Below, piece by piece: positions 24,547 to 40,308 of a stretch of DNA of 64,000 nt. The notes under the pieces were generated by a model. That model had not been told where the DNA came from and made no database searches. It saw only the letters and a program-made list of their open reading frames with translations. The DNA is taken from NCBI RefSeq assembly GCF_022539665.2, contig NC_081331.1:3968001-4032000 (forward strand), written 5' to 3'. The DNA is from Daphnia carinata (Eukaryota). The position numbers and the translations under genes were made by a program. Numbering within the stretch: position 1 is the stretch's first letter; every line of letters starts with the position of its first letter.

Positions 24547-27500
24547 GTAAGTGCATTTTTTTTAATTATCTTAAGAGGGTAGTTTTTTACGATTAAGTTG
24601 CGCAACACGGAACTAGGCTCCTATTTTTAGTCATTCCCGGTGTATTGTGTTTTTTTTTTTCGGTGGGTGGCTGCGCAGTCTCGTTTGTTTATTATGATTA
24701 TAGCACACCACATTCCTCTTCTTTAAAAAAAAAAAAGGTGTTTGCCTTGGGTTGTTTGAAATTTCTCCATGTTTTCGTTTACTTCATTGCGCAAACATTA
24801 CGACGGGCTTCATATACAATAGGAGGTGAAGACATTTTTGAAAAGACACAATGTCTTACAAGATGAATCTAGTCCGCTTTTTTTTTTACTTGGCTAATTT
24901 TTTATTTTTTTGTTGATCCCCCATTTTCGTGTTGTGAATGAAAATGAGTTGTGCAACCACGTCCGTTTGGTTGGACAACTTAGAAAATATGGAATAAGGA
25001 GCTTAAGAATGAATAGTTTCCTGTTGGCTTTTGGCATGCCGATTTGTTTGCATGAGCAACGCAATCACGCTCCGTCGTAAGGTCCCATCACAGATTTTCT
25101 CTTTTCTAAGAGAGTAAATGCCCTTTATTTTTCTTTTGAATAACACCAACAAAAAAAAATCGGATTTTTTTTTTTTATATATCACAACGAAAGGAATGTA
25201 TATTGAAGTTGCACGTTCGTTTTCCCTTATTGGGAATGGGGTTCACGTTCCCGAAAATAAAAGCTCGCGCCCCCCCCTCTGTCGGATGAGTTCGTCGTTC
25301 GTATCGTGTCACGTCCAAGGCGGTGGTGGTATGTTGACTTTTCATTTCAATTCTCGCCTTCTCTTTATAGCTATCTCCTTTCTCTCTGGCCGCCCTTTGT
25401 TGTTGGCTTTTTTTTTTATCTTGACGGGGCATGGGTAGGTTTGTTCACCGTCGTGAAATGCATTTAAACCTGTCCGCACTGGAACGTGTAGCTTATAGGG
25501 CGATTGTATAGATAACATAATATTCCATACTGGACAAATAGGAGTTTATAAGAGTGAAAGACGCCAGAACACATTAACAGCTAGGGCTGGGCAAACGCGT
25601 GGACGCCCAGAGAACACAGCAGCATTTTCTATTATGTTGCGTGGAACATACAACAACTACACACGCCTATGGGCAAGTCTTGGTCAAGTAAACATGTTCA
25701 CTCTTTTTTTTTTCTGGGGATCGTATTTTAAGCAACAATCCCACCTTGCTCGTCCCAGGGAGGCTTTGTGTATTACTTTCTTCACACTGGGATTGTTGTT
25801 GTTATTGTTAACTTTACTCACAGATAAATTGGGGGCAAAAAAAAAAGAGGTATTGTCGTTATACGTTTTTTTGGGATCCAAAAAAGGACTGATGGTTTCG
25901 GCCGGACAGACACCGCCCAGCCATAATCATTGGGTGACGACGTGCCCGTCAAGTTAGATTTTTTTTTTAAATTTATTTCTTGTCCATGGTGACGGGGTCT
26001 GTCAGTCTATTCGAAAAATATCAAGTTGGGAAATCTATAGATTTCGACTGGATTTCTATTGATTTTATGGTGGGACGAAAAGGGAGAAATCTGGAACCGA
26101 AATCTCGAACTCGTAATTGTAGATCATTAGACTATTTCTTTTCCTTTTTTTTTTTCAAAACTTGATTTGATTGGACTGATTAGCCATTTAAGGCGCATTT
26201 AGGAGATGGTGGCTGACAAAAAAAAAAGGGAAGGGAATGCCGAGGCGATTAGTTCACGATCACGAAGTGCTAAAAGTGTTGACGCATAAAATTGTATAAC
26301 ACGGACGCCTCATTGAATTTCTGTGATTTGACTTTTAAATCATTTAGATGCGTTGCCAAGTTTTTCGGGAACAATAGCCATTCTTTTTTGTCATCTTTTT
26401 TTTTTATTGCTACGACGATGCGCCAATTTTTTTTGTTGCTGCTTAAAGATGAGATTTGTTTTCATCTTTTTTGAAAGGCATAATAATGGGAAGCTAGCGC
26501 GTGATATTTCTTCGTTTTTTTTTGAAGGGGTGCCGTAACGCACCCAGTTTTTAAATTAAAACCTAATAATAATATTTTGACTGAAAACATAGAGAAAGTA
26601 GGAAACTTGATACCCTTCGTTTGTAACGTTGTTTGCTTTAGTACGCATTCAGAAGCTGCGTATGTTGAACTCTTCCCCCCTTTTTTTTTTTTGTTTTACA
26701 TCCCACCGTTTCTCAATTGAACATGGAACGAAATAGAAATCGAGAAATACCAGACTTTTTCAAGCGTCGCTAGAACGAAAAAAAAAAAGCAAACCTTCTG
26801 CCATCTTTGATAAGCTAAAATTCAAATACGACGCTCTGGCCGTCACATTTCCTCTTAACACTATACATACGGACAGCCTACGTCTATAGTGTACATAAAG
26901 CCAGTATTTTAAAGATATATATCTATGTTTGTTACTTGTCTTGTATTTATATATATACCACCCGGGCCGGCAAAAGCCACTTGAGATAGATATTACGACA
27001 AGAAATCACACAAGGGCACAAGAGGGCACTTCAAGGACTACTACGAAGTCGATCTCTCTCCTTCCTAAAAAGAAAAAAAAAAACAAAAAATAAGAACTCA
27101 TGTATCTTAGTCATTTTGAACTGGAAAGGAAAAAAAAACTCGACATTCTACTTTTTCTTCGTTTTACGTACATTTATCTCCAAATGCTGTAGGTATTTTT
27201 TTTTCAATTGTTTATTAGGGGATTGTGGAAATTGAGCTTGAAATTGAGAACGACGCACACATAATCGAATTTTGAATAAGCTCGGGGATTTTTTTCTTTC
27301 TTTCTCGAGTTATCCAAATAGTTTTTTGGTCCAGCAATAATAATCTAAGGGGGACGAAAGAAAGTGATCAATTCAATCAGCATTTTTTATTTTTTCTTAT
27401 TCCCTCCAGTTTTCATGAAGTTGATTGATTGCAGGTAGAAATTGTCTAGATATTGTGCGCACCATATAGAAAAAAAAATTATAAAAGGGGGAACCGGCTT

Positions 27501-30500
27501 TAGTGTTCTCGCTCAAAGGCCAGTTCAATTCATTATTTTTTTTTTTTCTTTCTTTATACTTTGATTTATTTCCTTCGGAGCCGTGAGCAAAGAACTTGAC
27601 CATTTACCAAAACTGCAGCACCACACCAAGCACAACATTGAATACATTTTTGGGAAAACGCTACACACAATAAGGGGGGAAAAAAATATGAACCAAGGCT
27701 AAAGGCATCACCTGATGGAAGAGGTCGTGGCATTTCGTGCTACATGTTGCTGCATTTATTATACTTTTTTTCCCTCTGTGTAGCGTTCGTGTTGATCCCG
27801 TAGACGCCGCCATCTTCAGCCTAAGGGTGACGCCATTTTTCGTTTTGAATTTTTTTTTTTTTAGTAACTCAAAACGAAAATATTTGAAATGGTAGACGTT
27901 CCACCTGAAGCCAAGTCCGTTTGTTTGACTCGTCTTATACAAACGTCTACCATTTTTAACAGCCAATTTATGAAGATGTGATTTTCATCGAGCTCTAGAC
28001 TAAAAAAAATTATAAACATAGGATCCACCTACCTATCGTCTTTTTTTTTTTTTTTTTCTGAAGGGCAAAAGGCTTTCCTATATCGATTTGTTTGAAGCGA
28101 TTCCCCATCCTTTTTTTTGCTGCTCTTTTCAATGCGATGGGCGTTATCGGTGAATATATTTCGTTTTATTTCGATGCTGATTGAACGATCTGACGCATGA
28201 CGTATATCGTCCAGCAGCAGTCGCGGCCATCAATCCACGCAACAATCCAATCACGCTCGTTCCTATCGTCGTTACGTCGTGTTTTTTTTATTTCGTTTAC
28301 AATATCGGTAGCGCCGACCAGAACTTTTTTTTTTTGTTTAATTGTCTTCTCGAGATTCTCATCTTAATTAAGACTCTTCCGAGAGTCTGGAATGACGAGT
28401 AGCTCTTCTCGAAGTCTAGAAAGTATAAACGAATGTCGTTATTGTTTGGATGCTAAGCGACGACAGCTAAAAAGAAAAGTTTTTTTAAAAGAGACGTGCA
28501 ATTTTCATTAGGATGCAGCACCTCAATTATTCGTAGCACCGGTAGCTTTTTCCCACTCATTCGTGTCTGTCTTACTTAATTGAAACGAACGATAGAACGG
28601 GGACCATATCTATGGGACACACTTTTTTTTTGTTCTCAGTATTTTCCCCTGTGAAGATGAAATATTGGACAAGGTACCTGTAGTTTCCGACATCACCCTC
28701 ATAGCAAACACTGTAGTGAATCAATCGATCCGTCCCGTACTTTGTGCCCAGACCAAGTTGGAATTGCCACGCACAAGTTTTCGAATTTACATAACGGGGG
28801 GACCATGCGGGACAAAACGATCGTACATTGCATCGATTTATTTTTTGTCTGACGTGTTTTGTCAGCCAATCAAGAATTGAAAAAAAAAATACTGGACAAA
28901 AGGAACAAACGAGGTGTATGTGTGCAGGCATCCGGCTTTTACCGGATCGTGATCCATGGCCAACTTGTTGCCCTTTTTATTGTTTTTTATTTTGCCTTTC
29001 GCCCAAAACTTTTTCTTTTGTTTTTCTATGTTTCTGGTCCATTTAGATTATATATATATACGCCCGCCTTTTAATCTTTGCCTTCATTGTGCGTGTAGAA
29101 GAAGGCAAGTTGATGACGTGGGAAAAAAAAAAAAAAAAAGTTTTTCTGGGCATCCGATGATGAGCCGGGCGGAGGTCACGGCCGTCAAGTGCGCGTCGTC
29201 GCGCCATCACCAACAGTCTCCGGGATGTATCCATCCTCGTGACCTTTTCAACCTCTTCCCTTTTTTTTTTTTTTTTCTATTTATATTCCGTATCCCTCCG
29301 TAGCAGCCGTTCTTGTTGTTTAGTGTCTTATTTCATGTCAATTAAGCCCGAGTTCGTTAATATTTCTTTAAGGAAGGCGAACGAGTTTGATCAAAAAAAG
29401 ATTATTAGCCACGCTTTTTGATCAGGACATATCTGTAACGTATTCAAGTGGAACTTTTTTTCATGATTATCTTTTACACGCAACAGAAATTTTACAAAAA
29501 AAAAGTATTTATTTTTTTTTTTCTTGACAGAAATGAAGGGATGCTGTTTAGGAAGACGACCACCTGGATCGAAATGACCGCCATTCTTATGTAAATTTAG
29601 TAACTCTTTTTTTTTTCTGTCGTTGATTTTGTACTTGATATCGAGCAAACACGTCATTGAAAATGTTGACTGTTGCAAAATAAAAAAAGGATGTGAGAAG
29701 AAATTCAATTGAAAATAGAAAAAAAAAAAAAGAAAAAATGGTGGGAGCCCTAGCGGCAAGTCTGCCACTCTGTGTCAGACTGTGTATGCCTGAAGGTGCA
29801 TGGCATTGGCCAGTTGCCTTTCTGCCGTCGAGCCGAGTGCACATGTTTGCCAGCGGAGCCTCGAACGAAAGAAACTAGAAATAACACACTTACGTGTGAT
29901 TTCTGCTTTTTTGTTGTGCCTGTGTTTCTTCATTTGCCACTGTGTTGTCAAATAGAAGAAAAAAAAAGTGCGTTTTGAACTTGTGCATTTCGAATTGACT
30001 CTTTCACTTTGGTGTTGCAAACAAGTGGACTAGATGTTTGCCTTGTGTTTCAACTACTGAAGTAGCGGCCGCATTTGCTGAAAGGTAAGCGTGAAATGAG
30101 AATACGTTTTTCAAACGTAAAAGAAAAGGGAGAACATAAAGAAAAAAGATAATTTGCTCCGTGACGACAACCTCGTGATCGACCATTTTTCTAGAGGGAA
30201 ACTTGTCCATTATCGTCTGCTTCTTTTGTCTTTTCTCGCCAAGGTCACTTCAATCTTGTTTGTTCTTTTTTCTTCTTTCCCGCCGTTGTAGGCTAGCAAA
30301 AGGGGTGTCGAGTTACGTTTCAATCTTACGAAATCGAAAGAAAAAACAAAAGAAATAATAATAAGCAGCCATTCGAGTTTTTTCTCAGTCGACGATGGCC
30401 GTTTTCGGATGCTTGGTAACCTGCTCTTCGTTAGGCCCGTTTGATTTATTTTTCCCTCCAGTGTCGCTTCGACCTTCTCGGTCATATAGACTTTTCGACT

Positions 30501-33500
30501 ATACGATCATCGATTAACGATTCGTTTTTTTTTTTCTTTTTTTCTTCTTTTCTTCTTATACGCGACGATGACGAAGAACCCGCGCCTTTCACGAGAATTC
30601 TTTTTCTTTATTTTTCTCGGACAAAAGCTCCTACAACTCGTCAGGTGTGTAGACTTTCATCTCATCTAACATTCAGACCGTGTTTTCATTATAAGAAATG
30701 GGCTAGTATACTGAAGAGTCTCCTTTGCTTTTTTTTTTTCTTCTTACAAGTTTGGCCAATCGAGTTTTATATTTTTTCCTTATTTTTGTTTTGATTGGAA
30801 TGCTGGCGCGTGTGTGTCCTCACCGGTTGAAAGCCTCGATAACAGCTCATCTCAGAAGCTTTAAACCAGTAAGACGAATCTGTAGAAACAGGAAGAACAA
30901 GTAGACGATTTTTTTTTTTTTTCGTTTTTGATAATATTCAATTTTGGGAATAGGAAAGCAAAAATCTGCCATGGGGGGCAGGGGGGGAGGATAAGAAAAT
31001 ATCGTGTCATTAACATGGAACTCCACCCCCCTAGTGGGATGCATCGCTGAAAATAAAATTCATTTTATAAGAAGCTTAAGGGTTTTTTTTTCTTTCTACT
31101 TTTTCCCACAAGACTATCTTGATTTTTTTTTTTTTTTTAAATAATTCCCACCTTTTGTTTCGTACTGTCTTTTGAGGGGGAGGATAAAGGTGGGCTGGTG
31201 TTGGAAAGCAGGAAAAGAAGGGGAGATAAGTGGCGGAAGATTTAAAATCGACAAAAAGGTCAGGTACCGTACTGTTAACACACCTTTAACCTTTCCGCGG
31301 CGAGGATATTCATCTGCACACCATAAATGCAAAGACATTTTTCCAGCTTTTTAGTTACCTAATTTCTCGCATTTTTTTTTAAATAGACCTTTCTATAAAA
31401 CCTGTCGCCTTCACTGTTAGAGAATGGCATTTAAAAATGGAAAAAAAGGGAAAATATCATGAAATAAAAACAAAACTTTGTTTTTGTTGCGCTGATTGCA
31501 ATGAGCCAAATAAAAGGAGAATAAATTTTTTTTTATCCATGTTGATGATAACAAATTTAACAAACCCCAAAAATGTCCTTGCGCACTTTCGACTATTTTC
31601 AAAACTTGTTTTCTACTTTGTTTTGCTCCTTAACGATCGTTTGCGCGACACACAACAAGGATTAGCGTGAGCCACTCTAGCGTGTCATTTCGAAGGATCA
31701 CGCGCTTTAAGTAATGAGCAATCGAGTTGTGTTCCGTCTCAGTTTACCCAATGTTCAACAAAAAGCTTTTGCATGTGTTGTTGAAGGTCTTCTCTTCCCT
31801 TACGATTAATCAGCTTTGCAAATTTTCGAAACAAGAAATGCATAATGCAGTAGCAAACCGGCTGCATTGTGTATATCTCTCGCAGAATAGCTCACCTGGC
31901 GCATTTTGGGTGTGCATCCGTTTTTGCTGAAGGTGAAAAATATGCATAACGGAATGCGTAGCATTTGCGTCTATTTAAGTGAGACGAAAGAGATACCCGT
32001 ATTTATATATATATATACCTCAGGGTGTTGCGAACACATTGTCTGTTACACCGACCTGCTTTTTTTTTCTCGTAAAATAAGGATGACGTAACCGGATGAG
32101 CCATTTTTTAATTCTTTACCGCTAGCTGTTTCGCAGGAGAAATAATAATTTGAATAATCAATCTTTTTTTTTTTTTTTTGGCTTGTTATCCTTTTCTTGA
32201 ATTTGTTGTTTTTATTTTTCTCTGTCCACGGGGTTTCGTATACTCTGCGTCTAATGATGAGGTCGTCCATCTGTTTGGCTCATTAATCCGTTCGGAATCG
32301 ATGGCGCTCCGTGAACAATAGGCATGAACCGTCGAAAATCTCCCAAAACATTTCTTTAGAATAATTTCCTCATCAGTTCTTCCAGTACAATTCTTTTTTT
32401 TTCTTTCTTAAATTTTATATGCAAAGAACGTAATAAATTCCGGCAACTGAATAAGAAAGCCAACACGTAAAATGAGATGAATTCTAAAAGATGACGCACC
32501 ATTGCCCCCTCCAACCGACTGTTTACCATTGCAAATGAAATTTCAATTGAGAAGGGCATTCCTTTTTTTTTTCACGACGGCCAAAATCCTTTCCTCCTTC
32601 AAAGAAAAATAATAAAAACAAAAGAAAGAAAAAAGTCGATTTATAATCAGCGTTCCCCCAGATGTTTGGCTTGCCCTATCACACGAATTCACGTCATTAT
32701 TACAGAACGGGATAAAAAAGAAAATTTGAATCGATGAAATGAGGCACGCGGCGATGTTTTTCTCGAAGGGCAATGAAATCACGATAGGTCATTAATCAAA
32801 CGTCTGTTTGCTTGAATCTCGAAATCATTTCGCTCGATCATTGTTTCTTTTTTTGTGTGTGTGTCTTGTTTTTTATTTCTTTAAAAATAATTGCGTCATT
32901 TCCCCCATTTTTGTTTTCTTGAATTTTTTTGGCATTAAAAAAAAAGGAACGAATCGTTTTTCGATAGTTTTATATCTTCGTCGAAGGTCGGAAGTGTTTA
33001 GAAGGCACGGAAAAATGCTAATAGAGTCTCGCTACGCACTGTGTTATTTACTGTTTATTACCATCAGAGTGAGAGAGGCATAAAAAACATTCTTCTTTTC
33101 TCTTAGCTCGTAGTTTAATATTCTCTACGCTCATAACATTCACAACGAAATTGAAAATAAAAACAAAGAAACCTTTAACAAAAATATGATCCACACACAA
33201 AATGGATAATATTTTTTTGTATGTTTCTTACGACATTTGAATGAATTTGTCTTTGACCGACCTCGTCTGTTGTTCCATCTAAACTACATCTACACTTTAT
33301 GTGTTGTTTTTTTCCATTGCGGTTGGAGAATTAAAACAAAAAATGTTCCTTCCGTATGAGTCATAACGTCACCCCTTAAAGAAATATTAAAAAAAAAAAA
33401 ATGGGTAGAATGATCGTGCTGTGTGGAATATAAACTAGAAACACACACCTGGAACGCAAAAGAATCGTATAAGAAACTCACGGGAAATGTTTTGTTTATT

Positions 33501-36500
33501 TTTCTTGTGTTGTCTGTCGTGTTTCCTTATGTACGCACGTACGGTGGAAATATAAGTAGCATTCCTTTCTTTCTTTTTTTCTTGCGGGGGGGTTGTTGTT
33601 AGTGTACACACAGCAGACGGTAACGGCTCCCCGGGCCAACGGGTTTTTTTGCTGGCCCTTGTGACGGTGACCCATCGAACGCTATATATATATTGGCCTT
33701 CTAACGTTTATGTAACTACGCAACAGTATAATAACTAGAGAAAAAAAAAGTTTTTAGGAGGGAGGATTTTTATTTTTGGGTTATGGACTGGTCAGTTTAG
33801 TGTAAACATGCACACAGAAACATTTACATTTCGTTCTCTTATTTTTAAAAAGAAAAAAAAAATGTGGAACTCGACAACTGCGCCAGTCGTAAACATTTTC
33901 TTTTTGCGTTTGGGGAAATGCGTTCCGGTTGTCGTCAAACGTTTATCTGATTTCTCCAATTTCTCTCTCTCTCGCTTTGAGTGTGTTATATATATATATA
34001 AAAGTAAAGAAAAGGTTGTGATCTATCGAGCTTTTGGTACAACGACAGCAAAAGGTGTAAACCTAAAAGCAACAAAGAGAAAATCCTAGTTTTTTTTTTT
34101 TACATTTTGCGGTTTGATAAAAAGTGGAGAAAAAACATATCCGGGGTATTGAAAAAGAATATTCTTTTCAGTCACGGCGTTGTTAGACAAATTGTTTCGG
34201 ATTAACATTTTGCCGCCCAGGTGAAAATATGCCAAGAGGACACACACACACACACAATGCTGTTCTATTCGCTCAACTTCGGGGCTGACCATGAACAAGT
34301 TTTTCTTTTTCCTAGTGACAAAAGAAAAGTTTTCTTTCAAAAAAAAAAAAAAAAAAAAAAAAATCCCCGATTTTTTAATTGTGTTGGACTCTACGACTGC
34401 GAGGAAATGGGCGGTGTCTGTTTTACCCAGGTAGTAGCGTTTTAGCGGTATCCGCTAGAGCGGAAGTTAAAGCGGACAAACCTTGGCCAAAGTAGGCACG
34501 CACTCGCACGTGAATTGAGTTGAAACATTCAAGCGTCCGTGAAATCTCAGCGCAATCACGAAACTTGGAAATTTCACTTAAAATGACGCAACGTGCTTTA
34601 AACAAAAAAAAAATGTAAATGGAATTGCTTCGGTGTTATTGGCTTAGATATTGAACAGGGCGTCGGCTGCTGTTAGCGTCTCCTCCCTTGAACCGTTCAA
34701 TTCGACGCCCTTTATCAAATAGGACCTAATAATTTTATTAGTTTTTTTGCAATAAAAAAAAAGGAAATTTCATTTTCATAATCTTAAAAAAATAAATAAA
34801 ACCTTTTTCTTCATTGTAAAAAATGCCGCGTTTCTCGGGAATTTTCTCTTTCGGAATCTCTTCTTCGGGAGAAAGGAAAAAAGAAGTACATAACGGTCCA
34901 GCAAGTTTATCTGACCGCTGTATAATAGACGGAGCGCTTCTCCATCTCGTTTTTTTTCCAGAAAAAAAATGCTGCTGAATAAATATCAGGTAGAGAGGGC
35001 GTAGCAAATGGCAGCGTTGCGGCTTTCTCATAAATTACAGCTCAATATTCGTTTTCTACGGTCTCTGCTTATGGCTCTTACGGTCCGCAAAAGGGAGAAA
35101 ACTCGAGAGATGCTGTAGGGCTAGAAATGTGTGTATGCTACAAGACCTAATGATCCTATGCCTATAGAAAGACCCCTCGGGTTTATTATTCCAGGCGGTC
35201 TGAGGTTCTCACGGTGTGCATAAGTAAAATCATTTTTTAAAAAATTCTTTTAATTTTTCTTTGTTGTCTAATGATATAATATGTTATTAGTAAAAAAAAA
35301 ATGGTGTGATGGTTTTCTTAGTAAAAAAATTTTTTAACATTTTTTTTATGTTCCAGGAGGTGACCTGGAATTCAAGGAATTTCCGTTGGCCATCCGCTGA
35401 AAATTGTGCGCCAACGTGATACACGAAGGCATCTGTCAACATCACGTTAGCGAAGCTTTGAGCAAAAAAAGAAAATGCCGTCACGGTTCCTGACCCTTTG
35501 GTCGATGCTGGCCAAGCCCAGTCACCAGTCAACTGGCAATACCAAGAAAAAGAATAAGAAAGACACTTCAACATCACAACAGGTAAGCTGTTGGCGTGTG
35601 TTTTGACCATTTCTTTCTCTATAAGAGAATTTTTTTGGTTTAAGAGGAAGACTGTCATATGAATTCAGATAAGGACGCACAAAATCTTGTCCATTAAATA
35701 TTTTTGGTGTTGTTTGCGGACGTGAATTCTCTGGCGGGATGTTTCCTTGAAGTCCGTTCGTCTTTTTTCTTTTTCTTTGTTCACGTCCTTCGAAAATGTT
35801 CAATCGTGCGCATCGTCCCGTGTCCGATTGCTTGGAACTGCCTAAACAGGGACCGGCAAAAAAAAACAATCACGAGTCGGTGTATTCTACTTTTAGTTTT
35901 TTTCCTTTATCGTTCGTTTTATTTTATTTTATTTTTATTTTTGGGAAAGTTTTCCATTTGTGTTGAGACGCGAGATTAAGTTGACCGTCTATGCGATACG
36001 GCCACTTGCGTAGTGCCTTTGTCTAATGGCCGTTTGGCTATCTCGTTTTTACGTTTCTAGTTGTGCAAAATGAATGGGTCACATCTTTTTTTTTTTTTGG
36101 GTTGCCCAAATGGCCAGTTGTATAACAAAAGCGAATAGTCCACTGTGTTGTTAGGCATTTTGAATTGTGGGACATTTGAATGTCTGTTCAATTGCTGAAT
36201 TGTAACTGAAAATGTAGGACACTTTGTTTCTTTTTTTTTTTCGCTGGTTAAAGGGTCGAACCGGTTTGCTGTTTCGGGTTAGGTTTTCGAATGTTGTGCG
36301 TACAGTTCTCTACAGAAAAGAATGTTGAGAAAGAAATTCGTATTACAGAATCGAAAAACATCGGCGGGAAAGTTTGTGTTGGACACCATCGAAAAAAAAG
36401 AACCTTCGCTTTTTCTGATTATGGGAACACTCGGACCGTACATGCAAACATTTACAGAGTTATGTAGAGAACGGGCCATTGCAATGGGCAGACGAAAGTT

Positions 36501-38042
36501 TAAAAAATGTGTTTTCTTTAAAATAAAAAAGATGTATTTTTTTATTATGCAGAATGGGGTCTCGTAAAAGTTAAAAGAAAAGCGTTTCGATGACGACACA
36601 CGTCGCTACCATTCTCACACCTGTTTTCGAAAATAAAATGCAAATCCATAAATAGGATTGGGCTGTCATAAGTAATTTACGATTAGACACAATCGCGATA
36701 CGTCCCTACAAATATTTCCAGCTCGTATTTTATTTTATTTTATTTTCTAATTTTGTTTGGTGGGAAGATGGGACAGCCTCACCTTCTTCATAACACGTTA
36801 GCTCCCCCCACTCTTTTGGCGTAAATTGGTTCATTGTTCCCTTGTAATTATTGTCCCGCTTCTTCTCTTTTTTTTTCTTGTTTAAAGGAAAGGTCTACTT
36901 TTTTTTTTCTCTTTCAGTTCATGGGTGTTCCCTTTCGGGATAAGTTCAAACATGTGTGGAATGAACGCCGACATTATGAGCGACTTTCTCTTGAAGTTAT
37001 CCTTTATTTTTAAAGCAAAAAATGTCGGATTTTGAATGCCATTTGCCTTTCAGGTTACAATAGCTGCGATCAGAAACGTAAATCAGTAAAAAAAAAAACT
37101 ATAAAAATATGATGGGAGTCGTCTGAAGACATTGATGAAAGATACATTTATAGCAATTTAACTGCTGGATAGTATCCATCCCTTTTATATGAATGTATTG
37201 GCCCTTGAGCATCTCCTAATATCTTATTCCATCTGTTTTTTGTTGTTGTTGAAACAACCGAAATACTGTTGCTGCGGTTCCTAGGGCGGGGTAATCTTGT
37301 TACGTGATCTACGAGGTTGTCTTTATAAAAGGAATAGTGTTATAAAAAACAAAATAGTGGCTGAATATAACAAAGCGATACGCAGTGAAATGAATTGGAA
37401 AAGTTGAACGCGTGACGGCTATGACGGGCGTGGCTTCTATCGCCGAATGATTTCCAATTTTGTCTTCAGTGGGATTTTGAAATTGCGTTGGAGATGAAAC
37501 AAAACAAGGAAAGAAGATTGGGGTGGCTGTTTTTTGGAAACATTTTTATTCACACGAGGGAATCGGAAGGGCGTGGCACGCGACGGCAAGGAGGGTTCAA
37601 ACGAGCCATGAAAGTGGTCTATCGTCGACATGTGAACGAGGAAACAAAAGAAAAAGGGGCCTTGTTTGATTATTGGGTTTGTGGTCCCGTGTAGTAGATT
37701 ATCGATCACACGCGGTGGGAAATGATTTAGAACACGGTAATAGTAAAGTGTCGTGTTTCAATGAAAATCCTTATTAATAAGCAGAGAAAATATACTAACG
37801 GGTTACTTAAATAACAATCTATCATCTTTCATTGCGTTAATTTTTTGTTGTTGTAAACTTTATTATACGAGAAAGGTTGGAGGGGAGGGGGGAGGGATTT
37901 ATACGTGTTATTTGATACCGTCTTTTTCTTTTGGCGGTCACCGTTCACGCGGTGCCACTTTTACCGCGAATTCATTCGGCTGGAAATAAAGGCCACGACC
38001 ATCCATCAAAAATAGTTTCTCTTTCGTCAGAAGAACAAGGTG

Positions 38043-38080
<38 letters not shown>

Positions 38081-40293
38081 GATCTTTTTTTCTTTTCAAA
38101 TCATTTCGAAAATTCGATTTGAAAAAAAAAAAAAAAAAGAATTTGACGAACAAGTCTTTTTTTTTTTAAAGAAATGATTTACCGCATTTTACAAAACTCG
38201 CGGCATTGATGGATGTTTGGGGTTTACCGATGTCTCGAAATATCAAACATCTTGTTGGAGGAGTTCGGGATGAGACTCCCAACCACACCGATGATGAATT
38301 GAATTTGATTGCCTTTAGAGACAGGGCTGGCTTGATTGGTTTGCATATTTCTGATGCCGTGAAGGGCTGCTGACACGGGCACGGGGGTTGTATGAATCGG
38401 TTAACAAAAGCAACCGCCATTGCTCTTTGATATGATTGAACACACTTCAACAAGTCTCCGTGGAACGTGGGAGTTTTTGTGGGAGAATAATAAATAAATA
38501 AAAAAAAGGGGTTCAAAATGAATAAAGAAAAAAAAAAATTCTTGGTTAGTTGGCAGTCATGAAACTTTATTCTCGCATAGTAACGGTAAAAATATGGTAA
38601 TTCGATTGACGATTAGAACGTACGGCATGTCGCCTGGGAAGAGAAAAAAATGTCGATGTTGGCCTAATATGAAGGGAATTATTGAAGGCGGGGCTTCGTT
38701 ACGTGATTGACGTCATACCTATTGGAATGCCGCTAGCGTAATAGAAACTAGATACATCGTGTAGGATTACGGTATATTAATAGACTGTATAATAAATAGT
38801 TGAAGAAGGACACACACACACACAAATTGGGCTGAGACAGAGAAAGTACCGTACTAGACATCCACCTTCTCTATTATTATCATTATTCCACATTTTAAAT
38901 AGGGACGAAAAAAATGTTTATTTTTTTTCTGGCACCGTATAAGGGATACTCATTGTGTCATTTTTTTCTTTGCTGTCGGCGAACTCTCGGCTTCAACTTG
39001 GCTCCCTTTTTTTTTTTTTTTTTTTACTCTCTCTCTTTTTTTAACTCAAAAGCTTTGCCGACTCAAAGCCTCTCCGACGGACTCCCTGCACAACAAAAGC
39101 CAGTTTTCCTTCTTCTTTCTATTCTCCCATTATTTTCACCATATTCGTTTTTTTTTTTAAGAAAGCTCCAGCTGGAAAATAAAATTCCTATCGACAGGAC
39201 GGGCAAAAAAAACTTATTGCATATCAGGTGCGTTAGCGCGTCGTGATTCTCTCCTCACACCCTCTTGTCTTTCTTTCTTCCCCCTCACCACAATTCTAGA
39301 AGGATGTGCATAATAAATGATACCGGAGAACGCACAGATGAAGGGAAGAATTCCTTAAGAAACATCACCCGAGGTCTCGCAGAGGGCGACACGGACCTTG
39401 TACGTAACACAAAAGAAAATTTCTGTTTTGTATGCGTGTGTGTGTTAATGCTTTATATTAAGCATGAAAGACGTTGTTTTCATTTTTGCCCTTTCCAAAC
39501 GAGGAAGCAAAACTGAAATGGACATTTTTTTTTTTTTATAATGTTATAGAAATTTTTGAATTGAATGGGCTGGCATTTAAAGACGTGAATGTTTTTGGGA
39601 GGGCGATTGAGGTCTTTAGCTCATCGAAATAAAATGTCGCTGAAACACGGTCACGTTTTTTGATATTTTTATTTTTGTTGGGAAATTTTAGTTTTCTTGC
39701 CTTTTGATTTGTAACCGGAGGGACAGTTTCTATTAAATCTTTTTTTTTTTTCGTTTTTCTTTCTTTTAATAGCTTTTTATGTTCTCTTTTTTGATTCGTG
39801 CGAATTGAGGTCGAACCGTCATCTGCGCTGTCCAGAGAAGCTCTCCCTCCCAATGATTTGTCTCGTTGTCTGTTTTAATCGCAATCAAGTCGAGAGTCTT
39901 TCCCCTTCTTTTTGTTGTTAGGTTTCCCACCCGTCGCGTTGAATCTCACACCGGGTTGTCCCCTATATTTCTCCCACCAACCCACTCTCTACCTATCGTC
40001 TTCAGTAGTTTACTATGGTCAGCACTGTGCATCCTTTTTTTTATGTCCTGTAGGTTTTTTTTTTTCCTTCTCGGTTACACGTTTGTTATACCTGGCCCTC
40101 GCTATATAACCGCGGGAGGAATTCTTCTTTCGTAATCGGGAATTCGCGCCGGGCGTTACGCTGAGCCACTCGTCCACAAACACAAACGATTTCATGCATT
40201 TTTTTTTTTCATTTCAATGCCGACTCGGTTGTATTTTACAGGTCGTTTTTTTTTTTTTAAACATTTCTTTTGGATTTCGTGACTTTATCGTGT

Positions 40294-40308
40294 GCTGCCA
40301 TCTAGCGA
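40294..40308 (-). promoter_or_regulatory. CTCF-like binding motif
   Basis: Minus strand reads TCGCTAGATGGCAGC, close to the arthropod CTCF consensus CCGCTAGATGGCGCC (recalled). Confidence 0.5.
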
